DNA of 62,934 bases, counting the filler, from a bacterium (GTDB taxonomy: Bacteria; JALSQH01), in NCBI GenBank assembly GCA_027004335.1. It is 12 parts of 12 records of this genome, joined end to end, with 100 filler letters (N's around TTAATTAATTAA, not from the genome) between each part and the next. Parts side by side here need not be neighbours in the genome. Positions count along the whole stretch, not along the records: positions 5,758 to 11,409 come from JALTID010000002.1; positions 11,510 to 17,133 come from JALTID010000003.1; positions 17,234 to 33,156 come from JALTID010000004.1; 9 more parts are not named here. One strand, written 5' to 3'. A program made the translations under genes and the position numbers. Numbering within the stretch: the stretch's first letter is position 1; every line of letters starts with the position of its first letter. The notes beneath the pieces were generated by a model that did not search any database, was not told where the DNA came from, and saw nothing but the letters and a program-made list of their open reading frames with translations. Below, piece after piece: positions 7,942 through 19,509 of this stretch.

Positions 7942-8284
7942 GTCTATTCATTTCTCCTGTAATGGGTCCTATTTTGGCACCAGGGAGAACAACCACTGAT
8001 AGGACCATATCATCATCTATCTCTTTTATCAAAATGCCACCTCTGGTTCCAAGATTGATGGAAGCCCATGCTCCCCCAAGTCCTAATTCTTCCAGAGTTG
8101 TTTTAGCTGGATTCAGTGCAGCTGTAGTCATCGCACCTAATTTTTCATTGTAGGAGCCATCTTCGTAGGTGGAAACCATGATTAAACCATCTCTGGATAC
8201 TATGGCAACTCCCCCCACCTCAGGGAAGGAGTTTTTAAAATTCTCCAGAATTCCCTTCAATATCTGAGTATCAAGAATCGCCAT
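7919..8284 (-). CDS. Roadblock/LC7 (MglB-like) domain protein
   Basis: VGGVAIVSRDGLIMVS...LGAMTTAA...ELGLG pattern. Confidence 0.85.
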   Translation of the reverse strand: MAILDTQILKGILENFKNSFPEVGGVAIVSRDGLIMVSTYEDGSYNEKLGAMTTAALNPAKTTLEELGLGGAWASINLGTRGGILIKEIDDDMVLSVVVLPGAKIGPITGEMNRLAAEIRG

Positions 8285-8296
8285 TACTTTCCTCCT

Positions 8297-9972
8297 CTAT
8301 TTCTTTAGGTTTTTAAAATAATACCTTAGTTGCGGCTCTTTTTCAAGTAATGAGGGATACTTTTTGAGAATTTTCTCAATTGTGCCATATTCCCCCTTCA
8401 TCCTGAGAACTGGGAGAAGCCTTTTAAAAATCTCATATCGCCAGAATGGCGAGAGTCTTAATGCTCTCAGGTAAAGTCCAACTGTTTTACTATATTTTCC
8501 TTCTCTGGCATAGATTGCCCCTAAATGCCGGAGAGAAAAATTATCATTGGGATTTATTTTAAGTGCCTTTTGAAACTCTTTTTTTGCTGCCTCATACATT
8601 CCATCTTTTTTAAGAATAATTCCCTTCAGGGAGTAGGCTCTCCAAGAATATTTCCACCATGATGTAGAAGTTGAAACTTCTTTCACTGCAAAAGGGAGAT
8701 TTTTTTCTTTATAGTAGAAATCTGCCACTCTGAAATGATATTCTCCCATGCTTCTTATGAATGATATGATTGAGTAAAAAAGTAAAATAGTCACAACAAT
8801 CCAACGAGGGATTTTAAAAAGTTCCATTTTTTTGATAGGGGTTTCTATGAAGAAGAAGAGGGGGAAAAACCCAATAATTCCTCCTGCAGTGTGTAAATTA
8901 AAATCAACAAGGGATTGAATAAGTGCGGTGGCTACTCCCAGAGAGATGGCGAATTTTTTAGGGTCACTGTAATTTTTAAAAAGAGAAATTGCCCATACGA
9001 TCCACAGGTATAGGTAAAAAATTATTCCGGCCCAGCCGAAATCCACCCCCCACCAGAGGAGCTCACTATGAGGGTTATTAACAAAAGTACCATTTACTAT
9101 TACCTGACTTTCTAACGAGGGAGATATATATTTTAAAAATTCCTCCTGAAACCTGCCCCGAACCCCCAGAGGATGATCCTTTATCAATTTTATGGTATCT
9201 GAATAGGTGTAGTACCTGAATCTTGCGNNNNNNNNNNTCTTAGAGTTACTATTTTTTTAAAAGGAATTGACCTTATTGCAAATATAAACAGCAGGAGATA
9301 GAGAAAAAGCAGGGGGGTTTTTATAATTTTTTTCTGCTTCCAGAAAGTCAAAAAAACTAAAGTAGCAAATCCCAGACCTGCATAGAGGGACCTGTTTTTT
9401 ATTATCAGTAGATAAAAAATTATGAGTGCAAGTGCAGTCAGATTTATTATTTTGTTTTTTTTGTTCTTAAATATTATCCACCATCCAATGGGAAACAGGA
9501 TGGGGCCACCGTAGTGTGCGGCATAATTTGATAATCCCATCACAGATGAATAATCAGGGTGGTGATAGATATCCAGGGGAACTGGAATGATTTTTAAAAA
9601 CTGAAAAATTCCAACTATAGAAACTATTGTCAGAGATATGATGGAAAAATGTAAAAATTTATCAGAGGGAATTTCCAGAATTGAGAGCCCAGCAATAGCA
9701 GTATATGCGGATAAAAGCAAAACAAGGTACCATTGTTTGTTAATGGCTGAGAGGATGATCCAGAGGATGAGCAAAACAAACAAAAAAATTGATGAAGGCC
9801 TAAAAGTTAAGTTCTCCGTTGATAGTAAAAAAAGAGTCAGCCCCAGGAGAAGAAAGAAGATTTTTATATGGATGAATTCCTGGGGGAAAAATATTAAAGG
9901 AGCAATTATGAACAGGATTATCAATGAATATTTTTTCAAATTACCCTGCATCTCACCTCTTTTTATGTCCAC
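8297..9972 (-). CDS. O-antigen ligase/oligosaccharyltransferase (Wzy_C) family membrane protein with C-terminal TPRs; one gene split by the 10-N gap
   Basis: Multi-TM N-half with SSVMGLSNY and RS motifs. After the gap the frame reads ARFRYYTYSDTIKLIKDHPLG...HSELL...SLVDFNLH, then TPRs (ALKINPND, ALRLSPF). Confidence 0.75.
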
Positions 9973-10058
9973 TATGCTCTTTCTTGCAATACAGGAGATT
10001 TTGTTATATTATATGAAATAAAAGAAGAGGGTGTCAAAAGAGGTTTTAAAAATTAAAG

Positions 10059-11409
10059 ATGAAGAGGTGGGAAGGTAAAAACATCTTGATGATGGTGGTG
10101 ACATTAGCGTTGGCAGGTTTCCTTTTTGTGGGGGCAGGCTGTAGCAAAAGTAACAACGATGACTCCAAGGAGAAACAGGAAATTCTTCATCAGATTGATG
10201 TGGGAAAACAGTATCTCTCCACTGCTGATTATGAAAATGCTGATAAAGCATTCAGTAGTCTCATTGCCGGGGATGGTCCCAAGTATTACAAGTCTGAAGC
10301 GTATTATGGATATGTACTGTCAAATATGTTGTATCAGATAAATAATGCTGTGAACGATATAAGTGCTCTTCTCGGGTCATTAGGGACCATGCTAAATCAG
10401 GGGGCAACGCAAAGCTCTCCAGAATTGGAGAAGAAGATATTTATTCAGGATTTCAGAGAGATGGCTGGAGGTACTGATACCATAATTAAGAGTTTTATGA
10501 GAAACTTAATTGATCCTATTGAAAACTGGTCGTCAAAGTTAGCAAAAATTGAAGATATCGGACATCTTGAGTTTACTATATCCCCTTTCCCTGTAAAAAT
10601 AGGTCAGTTCAAAATAATGGATATCTCGGGCGAACATGATATGGGCGAGGTACATTTCCTGGAGGCTTCCCTCAATATACTCTTAGGGTGGCTCCATTTC
10701 TTTATGAGTGCCAGTTATGATATAAATATTTTGGATACCACCACAGATTACTTTATCCTTTATTATCTTTTGCCAGGGATTCAGGATGATGATGTTGCTA
10801 AAGTACCCCTAATAATTAACACACTTACTCTCCTGCTTAATAGAAATGACACTTTTCTTGCTCTTGCAAAACCTGGCGGAGTGCAACAAAGCAGAACTGC
10901 TCGAGCTGATTTTCAGCTTGCTTGGAAGGAATTTGCAGATACCATAGCAGAAATAGAAAATGAGAAGGATGATCAGAGTGATGATCTTATTGCTTATGAA
11001 AAAGACCAGGATGGGAATGAATATGCAGTATTTAACATAAAGGATATTGATCTTTCCACTTCCGTGATTGGGGCTGGTGGCAGTGAAGGTGGGGTGCCAA
11101 GAGTTACTATTTCTTCTCAGGGGAAATTACGGCTTAACATAGGTAATGGGATGGAGGACAGACTAAGAAAAATTTCGGCGAATTTTGAAGCTGGTCCCGG
11201 TGCTCCGCTGGTTACATGGGCTAATGATGTAGCACCGGTTATTTCTGCGTTAGTTGTAATGATTCTAAAGTCTGGCATGTTAAACAGTGTTATTGAATCT
11301 GCCTTGGGTTCCATGGGCAGTAGTAATCAGCAGATCAAGGATTTGATTAATACTTTAATGAACTCAAACCTGATAAATGAAGATACTGTTACCGGGCTCC
11401 TAACTGGAC
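10059..11409 (+). CDS. Large uncharacterised lipoprotein, paralog A (3' truncated)
   Basis: Lipobox GAGC, TPR-like GKQYLS...AYYG, DISGEHDMGE and DQSDD motifs shared with the 38954 and 51545 proteins. Confidence 0.8.
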
Positions 11410-11509
11410 NNNNNNNNNNNNNNNNNNNNNNNNNNNNNNNNNNNNNNNNNNNNTTAATTAATTAANNNNNNNNNNNNNNNNNNNNNNNNNNNNNNNNNNN
11501 NNNNNNNNN

Positions 11510-13124
<1,615 letters not shown>

Positions 13125-13128
<4 letters not shown>

Positions 13129-13679
13129 TAGTTGGATGGATCATCTTAGGTTTAATTGTTTTAACCATTCTATGGGTAATTGGAACCTACAATTCTCTAG
13201 TCGCCCTCAGAAACAGGGTAAGAAATGCATGGAAACAGATATCTGTACAGTTAAAAAGAAGACATGATCTTATTCCCAACCTGGTGGAAACAGTAAAAGA
13301 CTACATGGAATATGAGCAGGAAACACTTGAAAAGGTTATACAGGCAAGAAATGCTGCTACCACGGCACGATCTCCAAAAGAACAGGCAGAGGCTGAAGGA
13401 GCAGTAACCGCTGCTCTGAGACAACTCTTTGCAGTAGTGGAAAATTATCCCCAGCTAAAAGCCAACGAGAATGTTCAAAAATTGATGGAAGAGCTTACCA
13501 CCACTGAGAACAAAATCGCCTTTGCAAGGCAACTCTACAATGATCTGGTGATGAAATACAACACAAGAATAGAACAATTTCCAGCAAATATTGTGGCAGG
13601 ATGGTTTAGCTTCAAGCCATTTGAATTCTTTGAAATACCTGAAGAAGAAAAAGAAGTACCCCAGGTTAATCTTAGATGA
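13125..13679 (+). CDS. lemA: LemA family protein
   Basis: TM helix, YNSLV, QLKRRHDLIPNLV, ENYPQLKAN. Confidence 0.95.
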
Positions 13680-14764
13680 TTGAAGACAGGATCCCCTGCC
13701 CCAACTGTGGGTTTTTAAATAAACCAGACGCACAGTTTTGTGAGCTGTGTGGTGAGCCTCTGCCTCCAGAGGCAAAAGAAAAGTTAGAAGAGAAAAAGCC
13801 ATTTGTTTTCCCTTCACTTCCAGAGCTACCTGTAAAAGATGGGAGACTTGACTTCTACGAAGTCATTTCAAGAAATAAAAGAAATACCGTTCTGCTGGTT
13901 TTCCTTTTTATCATGCTATTTGCCGCTGTGGGAGGTGCAATCGGATACCTCTATGGAAATTACAGAACAGGACTGATGGTCAGCAGCGGAGTTGCAATCC
14001 TGTGGGTTATGGTAGCTCTTATCTGGGGAAAAGATATCTCACTTTCTTTCGTTGGTGCAGGGAGAGTTTCTCCTGAAGAAGAACCGATTCTTCATCATGT
14101 AGTTGAAGAGATGTCCATTGCAGCAGGAATTTCCAAACCAGCAGTATATGTGGTGGAAACAAAGGGGATGAATGCATTCTCTACTGGATTTTCACCTGAA
14201 AATTCTTCTGTTGCAGTGACCAGAGGAATGCTTGAAAATCTATCAAGGGAGGAACTCCAGGCTGTTATTGGTCATGAAATTTCCCATATACGGTTTTACG
14301 ATACGAGACTGATGATCACAGTTACTGCTCTTGCTGGTCTCATAGTAATTTTCTCAGATATTGCCTTGAGAGGATTCATTTTTATTGGGGGAAGGAGAAG
14401 CTGGGATGAAAGTGAGGAGTTTGACATACCATTTAAAGGCAACATCATTATTACCCTTCTCCTCCTTGGATTTGTAGCGCTTTCCCCCGTTATCGCCTTT
14501 CTCCTGCAGATGGCAATTTCAAGAAAAAGAGAATTTATTGCAGACGCAGGTTCGGTGGAACTAACAAGAAACCCCGCAGGACTCAGAAAAACTCTTGAGA
14601 AATTACTTCAGGGGAATGTATTTGTTCCATCAGCGAGTAAGGGAAATCAGCACCTTTTCATTGTAAATCCATTGAAGGAAGATGCAGATATAAAAGACAC
14701 AATTTTTGAAACACATCCCCCATTGAGAAAGAGAATTGAAATCTTAAAGCGGATGGAGGCATAG
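13676..14764 (+). CDS. htpX: M48 membrane zinc metalloprotease (HtpX-like) with N-terminal zinc ribbon
   Basis: CPNCG...CELCG, NAF, HEISH, SRKREFIAD, THPP. Confidence 0.9.
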   Translation: MIEDRIPCPNCGFLNKPDAQFCELCGEPLPPEAKEKLEEKKPFVFPSLPELPVKDGRLDFYEVISRNKRNTVLLVFLFIMLFAAVGGAIGYLYGNYRTGLMVSSGVAILWVMVALIWGKDISLSFVGAGRVSPEEEPILHHVVEEMSIAAGISKPAVYVVETKGMNAFSTGFSPENSSVAVTRGMLENLSREELQAVIGHEISHIRFYDTRLMITVTALAGLIVIFSDIALRGFIFIGGRRSWDESEEFDIPFKGNIIITLLLLGFVALSPVIAFLLQMAISRKREFIADAGSVELTRNPAGLRKTLEKLLQGNVFVPSASKGNQHLFIVNPLKEDADIKDTIFETHPPLRKRIEILKRMEA

Positions 14765-14790
14765 AACCTTTCTACAATTTTACTGTCTAA
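14764..14790 (+). promoter_or_regulatory. Putative autoregulatory ECF (sigmaE-type) promoter
   Basis: GAACCT-N16-TCTAA, 7 nt before the sigma gene; matches the RpoE/AlgU consensus GAACTT-N16-TCTAA. Confidence 0.65.
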
Positions 14791-14797
14791 ATTTTAC

Positions 14798-15430
14798 GTG
14801 GACGGAGAACTTTTTGAATTGACAATTAACAGATTTAACGATCCAGATTTTGAGCTGGTTATCGCAGCGAGAAAGGGAAATGAAGATGCATTTTCGGAGC
14901 TGGTGCAAAAATATTCACACCAGGTTTTCTCTCTGAGCATGCGGATCCTCAACGACTATGGAGAAGCCGAAGATCTTACACAGGAAGTATTCATAAAAGT
15001 TTTCAAAAAGATAAACAGCTTTAAGGGTAAATCAAAATTTTCAACATGGCTGTACCAAATAACACTAAACGCTGCAATAAATCGGCTTAATTACTTAAAA
15101 AAACGGAGACACTATGATTCAGGTTTTATAAACGAAACCTCAGTGAGAGGGGAGGATGAAGATTATGGAATTGAGGTCTCTTCAAATGAGAGAACATCAG
15201 AGGAAGATTATATTGGCAAAGAAACATATCACAAGATCATAGAAGAAATTTATGCACTTCCGGAGGAATTCAGGGTGGTGATAATATTCAGAGATTTAGA
15301 AGAAAAATCTTATCAGGAAATAGCAGAAATTTTAAAATTACCGGAAGGTACAGTTAAATCAAGAATTCACAGGGCAAGAGAAGTTCTTAAAAAGAAACTT
15401 GAACCCTATTTGAAGGATGGAGAAAAGTGA
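14798..15430 (+). CDS. ECF RNA polymerase sigma factor (RpoE/SigW-like)
   Basis: Region 2 AEDLTQEVF...FSTWLYQI and region 4 SYQEIAEILKLPEGTVKSRIHRAR. Confidence 0.95.
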   Translation: MDGELFELTINRFNDPDFELVIAARKGNEDAFSELVQKYSHQVFSLSMRILNDYGEAEDLTQEVFIKVFKKINSFKGKSKFSTWLYQITLNAAINRLNYLKKRRHYDSGFINETSVRGEDEDYGIEVSSNERTSEEDYIGKETYHKIIEEIYALPEEFRVVIIFRDLEEKSYQEIAEILKLPEGTVKSRIHRAREVLKKKLEPYLKDGEK

Positions 15431-16218
15431 AAAGAGAAGAACTGTTGAAAAAAATTGATCTCTACATTGAAGGGGAATTATCTGGGAAAGAATTAGAAGA
15501 ATTTAACAGACTTGTTGAAAAGTGCCCTGAATGCAGAGAAGAAATACAAAAGTACAGGAACCTTCTCAAGCTTACCCATGCTGTGGCAAGATACAAACCA
15601 GCTCCCCCACCAAACCTACATCTTAAGATCATGAAGAAAATAGAAGAAGAAAGATTTAGAGAGAAAAGTTCACCTCTCCTGCATTTCCTGGTGCCTGCAT
15701 TGACACTGGCACTTATTTTAGCAATAATAGCAATCCCATCATTTCTTAACCTAACAGAAGAAAGCAGCGTACCGGCATCTTCCCATAGGGAAAACAGAAA
15801 CATCACTCTAACGGAAAATAAAGATACCCTTCAAAATATGCAGGGACTTACCTCCCCATCACCTGCACCTGATGAAGCTTCTTTAAAGCTCGCCTCTGAA
15901 GAATTTAATGACTTTATTAACACTATTCAGAATCAAAGGAAAAAACTTGAGAACAAAATCACATACATCTATCCCATAACTTCATCTGCCTCATGGAAAA
16001 AGTTAGCAGAATATTTGAGGCTAAGCGATGAACCAGTGAAAATAGCGATAAGACCAATTATCAAGAACAGAAATGTGGATTATGTTGATTTAATTTCACA
16101 CCTTGATGAGGTAAGAAATACAAACCCTTATGTGGAAATTGAAGATGCTTCCACTTCTACAAGAGTTGCCGGAAATCCCGGTGCTGGTGTTGTGCTTCAG
16201 ATCAGTGTTCTGAAGTAA
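15427..16218 (+). CDS. Membrane anti-sigma factor with zf-HC2 (ZAS)-like domain
   Basis: Overlaps the sigma stop codon; YIEGELS...CPECREE followed by one TM helix. Confidence 0.8.
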   Translation: MKREELLKKIDLYIEGELSGKELEEFNRLVEKCPECREEIQKYRNLLKLTHAVARYKPAPPPNLHLKIMKKIEEERFREKSSPLLHFLVPALTLALILAIIAIPSFLNLTEESSVPASSHRENRNITLTENKDTLQNMQGLTSPSPAPDEASLKLASEEFNDFINTIQNQRKKLENKITYIYPITSSASWKKLAEYLRLSDEPVKIAIRPIIKNRNVDYVDLISHLDEVRNTNPYVEIEDASTSTRVAGNPGAGVVLQISVLK

Positions 16219-16933
16219 ATTTTTTCCTCAGGTTTCTTACAAACCCCATTTCCTCACCGGTAAATTTTTTCATCTCTCCTCTTCTCATGCTACCAAGATA
16301 AATTTCTCCAAAAGAAAACCTGATCAATCTCATAACCTTATAACCAAGGGCTGAGAAAACTCTTCTAATTTCGTGATATTTACCTTCATGCAGCACAACT
16401 TCGTACCAGCTAAATTTACCTGTTTTTACAGGAGAAATAGCATCAAACTTACCTTTCTCCCCTTTTCCCATGGTAACCCCTTGCACAACTCTATCAAGCT
16501 CCTCTTCAGAAAGTTCTCCTCTTGTTTTAACCTTATATCTACGGGGGATCTCATATTTTGGATGTGTTAAAATGTATGAGAATTCTCCATCACTGGTAAG
16601 AATTACAAGCCCCTCGGTGTTCACATCAAGCCTCCCTGCAGGGAAAACCCCTTCTGGAATATCTTCTATCAGATCCATAAGTCCAGGGAAATCACCTCTT
16701 TTCTCAATTACAGTTTCGTATCCTGCGGGCTTGTATAGTTTCAGGTAGAGTTGCTTTTTCCTTGGCCTTACCACCCTGTCCTCCACCACAACAACATCTC
16801 TGTCTTCTATTACCTCACACCACGGTTCTTTTATTACTACCCCATTTACTTTTACCTTTCCCCCAAAAATCAAATCATCAGATCTCCTTCGGGAAAACAA
16901 GCCGGAAGAGGCTATGTATTTATTCAATCTCAT
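16202..16933 (-). CDS. rluB: 23S rRNA pseudouridine synthase (RluB/RsuA family)
   Basis: S4 domain MRLNKYIA, GRLDVNTEGL, EGKYHEIRR; follows scpB. Confidence 0.9.
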   Translation of the reverse strand: MRLNKYIASSGLFSRRRSDDLIFGGKVKVNGVVIKEPWCEVIEDRDVVVVEDRVVRPRKKQLYLKLYKPAGYETVIEKRGDFPGLMDLIEDIPEGVFPAGRLDVNTEGLVILTSDGEFSYILTHPKYEIPRRYKVKTRGELSEEELDRVVQGVTMGKGEKGKFDAISPVKTGKFSWYEVVLHEGKYHEIRRVFSALGYKVMRLIRFSFGEIYLGSMRRGEMKKFTGEEMGFVRNLRKKFTSEH

Positions 16934-17133
16934 CTTCAGGTAATAAACTTAATTGCTTTGAAGCAGTTTCCTCAAGGAAATCTTCTATCTCTTCAAGAGA
17001 TGGAAGGTCTTCCAGCGATTCCAGATTAAAAATTTTCAGGAATAGATCAGTTGTTACCAGTAGCTGAGCTCCACCAGTACCAGGTTTTTTGCCACTTATT
17101 TTAATAAACCCTTTCTCAAGGAGATGCTTGACA
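16920..17133 (-). CDS. scpB: SMC-Scp complex subunit ScpB, C-terminal part
   Basis: Manual translation VKHLLEKGFIKISGKKPGTGGAQLLVTTDLFLKIFNLESLEDLPSLEE; conserved scpB-rluB order. Confidence 0.8.
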
Positions 17134-17252
17134 NNNNNNNNNNNNNNNNNNNNNNNNNNNNNNNNNNNNNNNNNNNNTTAATTAATTAANNNNNNNNNNN
17201 NNNNNNNNNNNNNNNNNNNNNNNNNNNNNNNNNGGAGAAAAAAAACATTCCA

Positions 17253-18329
17253 ATGATGGAAGATGGAGGAGGAGGAGAAAGAAATAAAGAGAAGGCTCTT
17301 GATTACGCTATTACAACGATAGAAAAGCAATTTGGAAAAGGATCAATAATGAAATTGGGGGGGGCAGAACTTCCAAAAGTAGAAGTTATCTCCACTGGTT
17401 CTCTGGGACTTGACACAGCCCTTGGAGTTGGGGGATTTCCAAGGGGGAGAATTATTGAAATATATGGCCAAGAGGCTACAGGGAAAACCACTCTCGCTCT
17501 TCATGCTATTGCTGAAGCTCAGAAGAATGGAGGCATTGCAGCATTCATAGATGCTGAACACGCCCTTGATGTTTACTATGCAAAAAAACTCGGGGTTCAG
17601 ATCGATCCTCTTCTCATCTCCCAGCCAGATACGGGGGAGCAGGCTCTTGAAATCGCAGAAATTCTAATTAGAAGCGGAGCTGTGGATGTCATCGTGGTTG
17701 ACTCAGTTGCTGCCCTAACACCAAGAGCCGAAATTGAGGGAGATATGGGAGAATACCAGATCGGCCTGCAGGCAAGATTAATGTCACAGGCTCTTAGAAA
17801 ACTAACTGCCACAGTTTCAAAATCCAATACCACACTTATTTTCATCAATCAAACAAGAGTAAAGGCAATTGGAGGAAGTTATTATGGACCATCGGAAACA
17901 ACAACAGGTGGGACAGCATTAAAATTTTATTCCTCTGTAAGAGTGGAGGTGAAAAGAATTTTATCAATTAAAGAGGGTACCGACAACACGGGTAACAGGA
18001 TAAGGGCAAAAGTCGTAAAAAATAAATTAGCTCCCCCCTTCAGGGAAGCGGAGTTTGACTTAATGTATGGAGAAGGTATCAGTAAAGAAGGAGAGATCCT
18101 TGACATAGGGGTAAACATTGGCATTATAGAAAAAAGCGGCTCATGGTACTCCTATGAAGGAACAAGGCTTGGACAGGGAAGAGAAAATGCAAAGAAATTT
18201 CTAAAGGAAGATCCTGATCTGGCCAGAAAACTGGAAAATCTTATCCGTGAACACTCTGGACTCGCTCCACTTCCTGAGACAAAGGAAGAAGAAAAAGAAC
18301 CTGAGGTGAAAGATGGTGGAATTAAATGA
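17253..18329 (+). CDS. recA: Recombinase A
   Basis: [42 protein letters not shown]. Confidence 0.99.
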   Translation: MMEDGGGGERNKEKALDYAITTIEKQFGKGSIMKLGGAELPKVEVISTGSLGLDTALGVGGFPRGRIIEIYGQEATGKTTLALHAIAEAQKNGGIAAFIDAEHALDVYYAKKLGVQIDPLLISQPDTGEQALEIAEILIRSGAVDVIVVDSVAALTPRAEIEGDMGEYQIGLQARLMSQALRKLTATVSKSNTTLIFINQTRVKAIGGSYYGPSETTTGGTALKFYSSVRVEVKRILSIKEGTDNTGNRIRAKVVKNKLAPPFREAEFDLMYGEGISKEGEILDIGVNIGIIEKSGSWYSYEGTRLGQGRENAKKFLKEDPDLARKLENLIREHSGLAPLPETKEEEKEPEVKDGGIK

Positions 18330-19488
18330 CATTCTTAAAATAGCTCTGAGAGCAGGTGCCTCTGACATCCATCTCAAAGCGGGATTACCCCCGACCTTCA
18401 GGATCAACGGTAAACTCGTTCCCTATAAAGATGCCAAGAGACTTACCCCTGATGAGATTAACAGAATGGCTCTGGGTATAATGAGTCCTATACAAAAAGA
18501 AGATTTTAAGAGGAATCATGAGCTTGACCTTGCTTACGGTGTACCTGGGCTTGGACGTTTCAGAGTAAATGTTTTTCAGCAGAGGGGCACCATAGGAATA
18601 GTCCTCAGGGTAATTCCCTTTGGTGTAGCAACATTTGAACAATTAAACTTACCCTCTGTTCTTGAAAAGATAGCAGACTACGAAAGGGGGCTCATTCTTG
18701 TAACAGGAACAACGGGAAGTGGTAAATCAACAAGTTTAGCCGCCATGATTGATTATATAAATAGCAGAAAAACCAAGCATATAATAACAATTGAGGATCC
18801 CATAGAATTTCTTATCAGGGACAAAAGAAGTATTGTTAATCAGAGAGAAGTTGGTACTGATACACTATCTTTTGCAGTGGCTCTTAAAAGTGCTCTTCGT
18901 CAGGATCCAGATGTAATAATGGTTGGTGAAATGAGGGATTTTGAGACAATAGAAACAGCATTAACAGCAGCAGAAACAGGACACCTTGTTTTAAGCACTC
19001 TTCACACCCTTGATGCTACAGAGACAATTAACAGAATAGTGTCTGTTTTTCCCCCCTATCAGCAAAAACAGGTCAGGCTACAATTGGCAGCAGTTTTGAG
19101 AACAGTAATTGCTCAGAGGCTTGTGCCACGGGCGGATGGGAAAGGAAGGGTGCCTGCACTGGAAATAATGATTGTAACACCAAGGATAAAAGAATTAATC
19201 ATTGACAAAGATCGGACAAGAGAAATTCCAGATGCCATTGCAAAGGGACATCTTTCATATGGAATGCAAACTTTTGATCAGTCATTGATGTTTTTATATA
19301 AAAAAGGATTAATTACTTTTGAAGAAGCTCTTAGACAGAGTTCTAACCCCGACGATTTTAAACTGAGAGCCAGTGGTGTTTCAGGAACCAGCGATGCTGG
19401 ATGGACAGATCTGGAAGCGGAAATGTCGGAGGAAGAAGGGAAAGACAAGGGAGAGGGTGGAAGCGATTTCGATTTTGACAAATTCTAA
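18313..19488 (+). CDS. pilT: PilT/PilU family type IV pilus retraction ATPase
   Basis: [51 protein letters not shown]. Confidence 0.92.
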   Translation: MVELNDILKIALRAGASDIHLKAGLPPTFRINGKLVPYKDAKRLTPDEINRMALGIMSPIQKEDFKRNHELDLAYGVPGLGRFRVNVFQQRGTIGIVLRVIPFGVATFEQLNLPSVLEKIADYERGLILVTGTTGSGKSTSLAAMIDYINSRKTKHIITIEDPIEFLIRDKRSIVNQREVGTDTLSFAVALKSALRQDPDVIMVGEMRDFETIETALTAAETGHLVLSTLHTLDATETINRIVSVFPPYQQKQVRLQLAAVLRTVIAQRLVPRADGKGRVPALEIMIVTPRIKELIIDKDRTREIPDAIAKGHLSYGMQTFDQSLMFLYKKGLITFEEALRQSSNPDDFKLRASGVSGTSDAGWTDLEAEMSEEEGKDKGEGGSDFDFDKF

Positions 19489-19509
19489 ACCAAACTCAGA
19501 CAGATAAAA

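Noticed and set aside
9187-9240. Frameshift or pseudogene in the Wzy_C gene
   Set aside because: The break coincides with a placeholder 10-N gap, and both sides are open and consistent with one protein.
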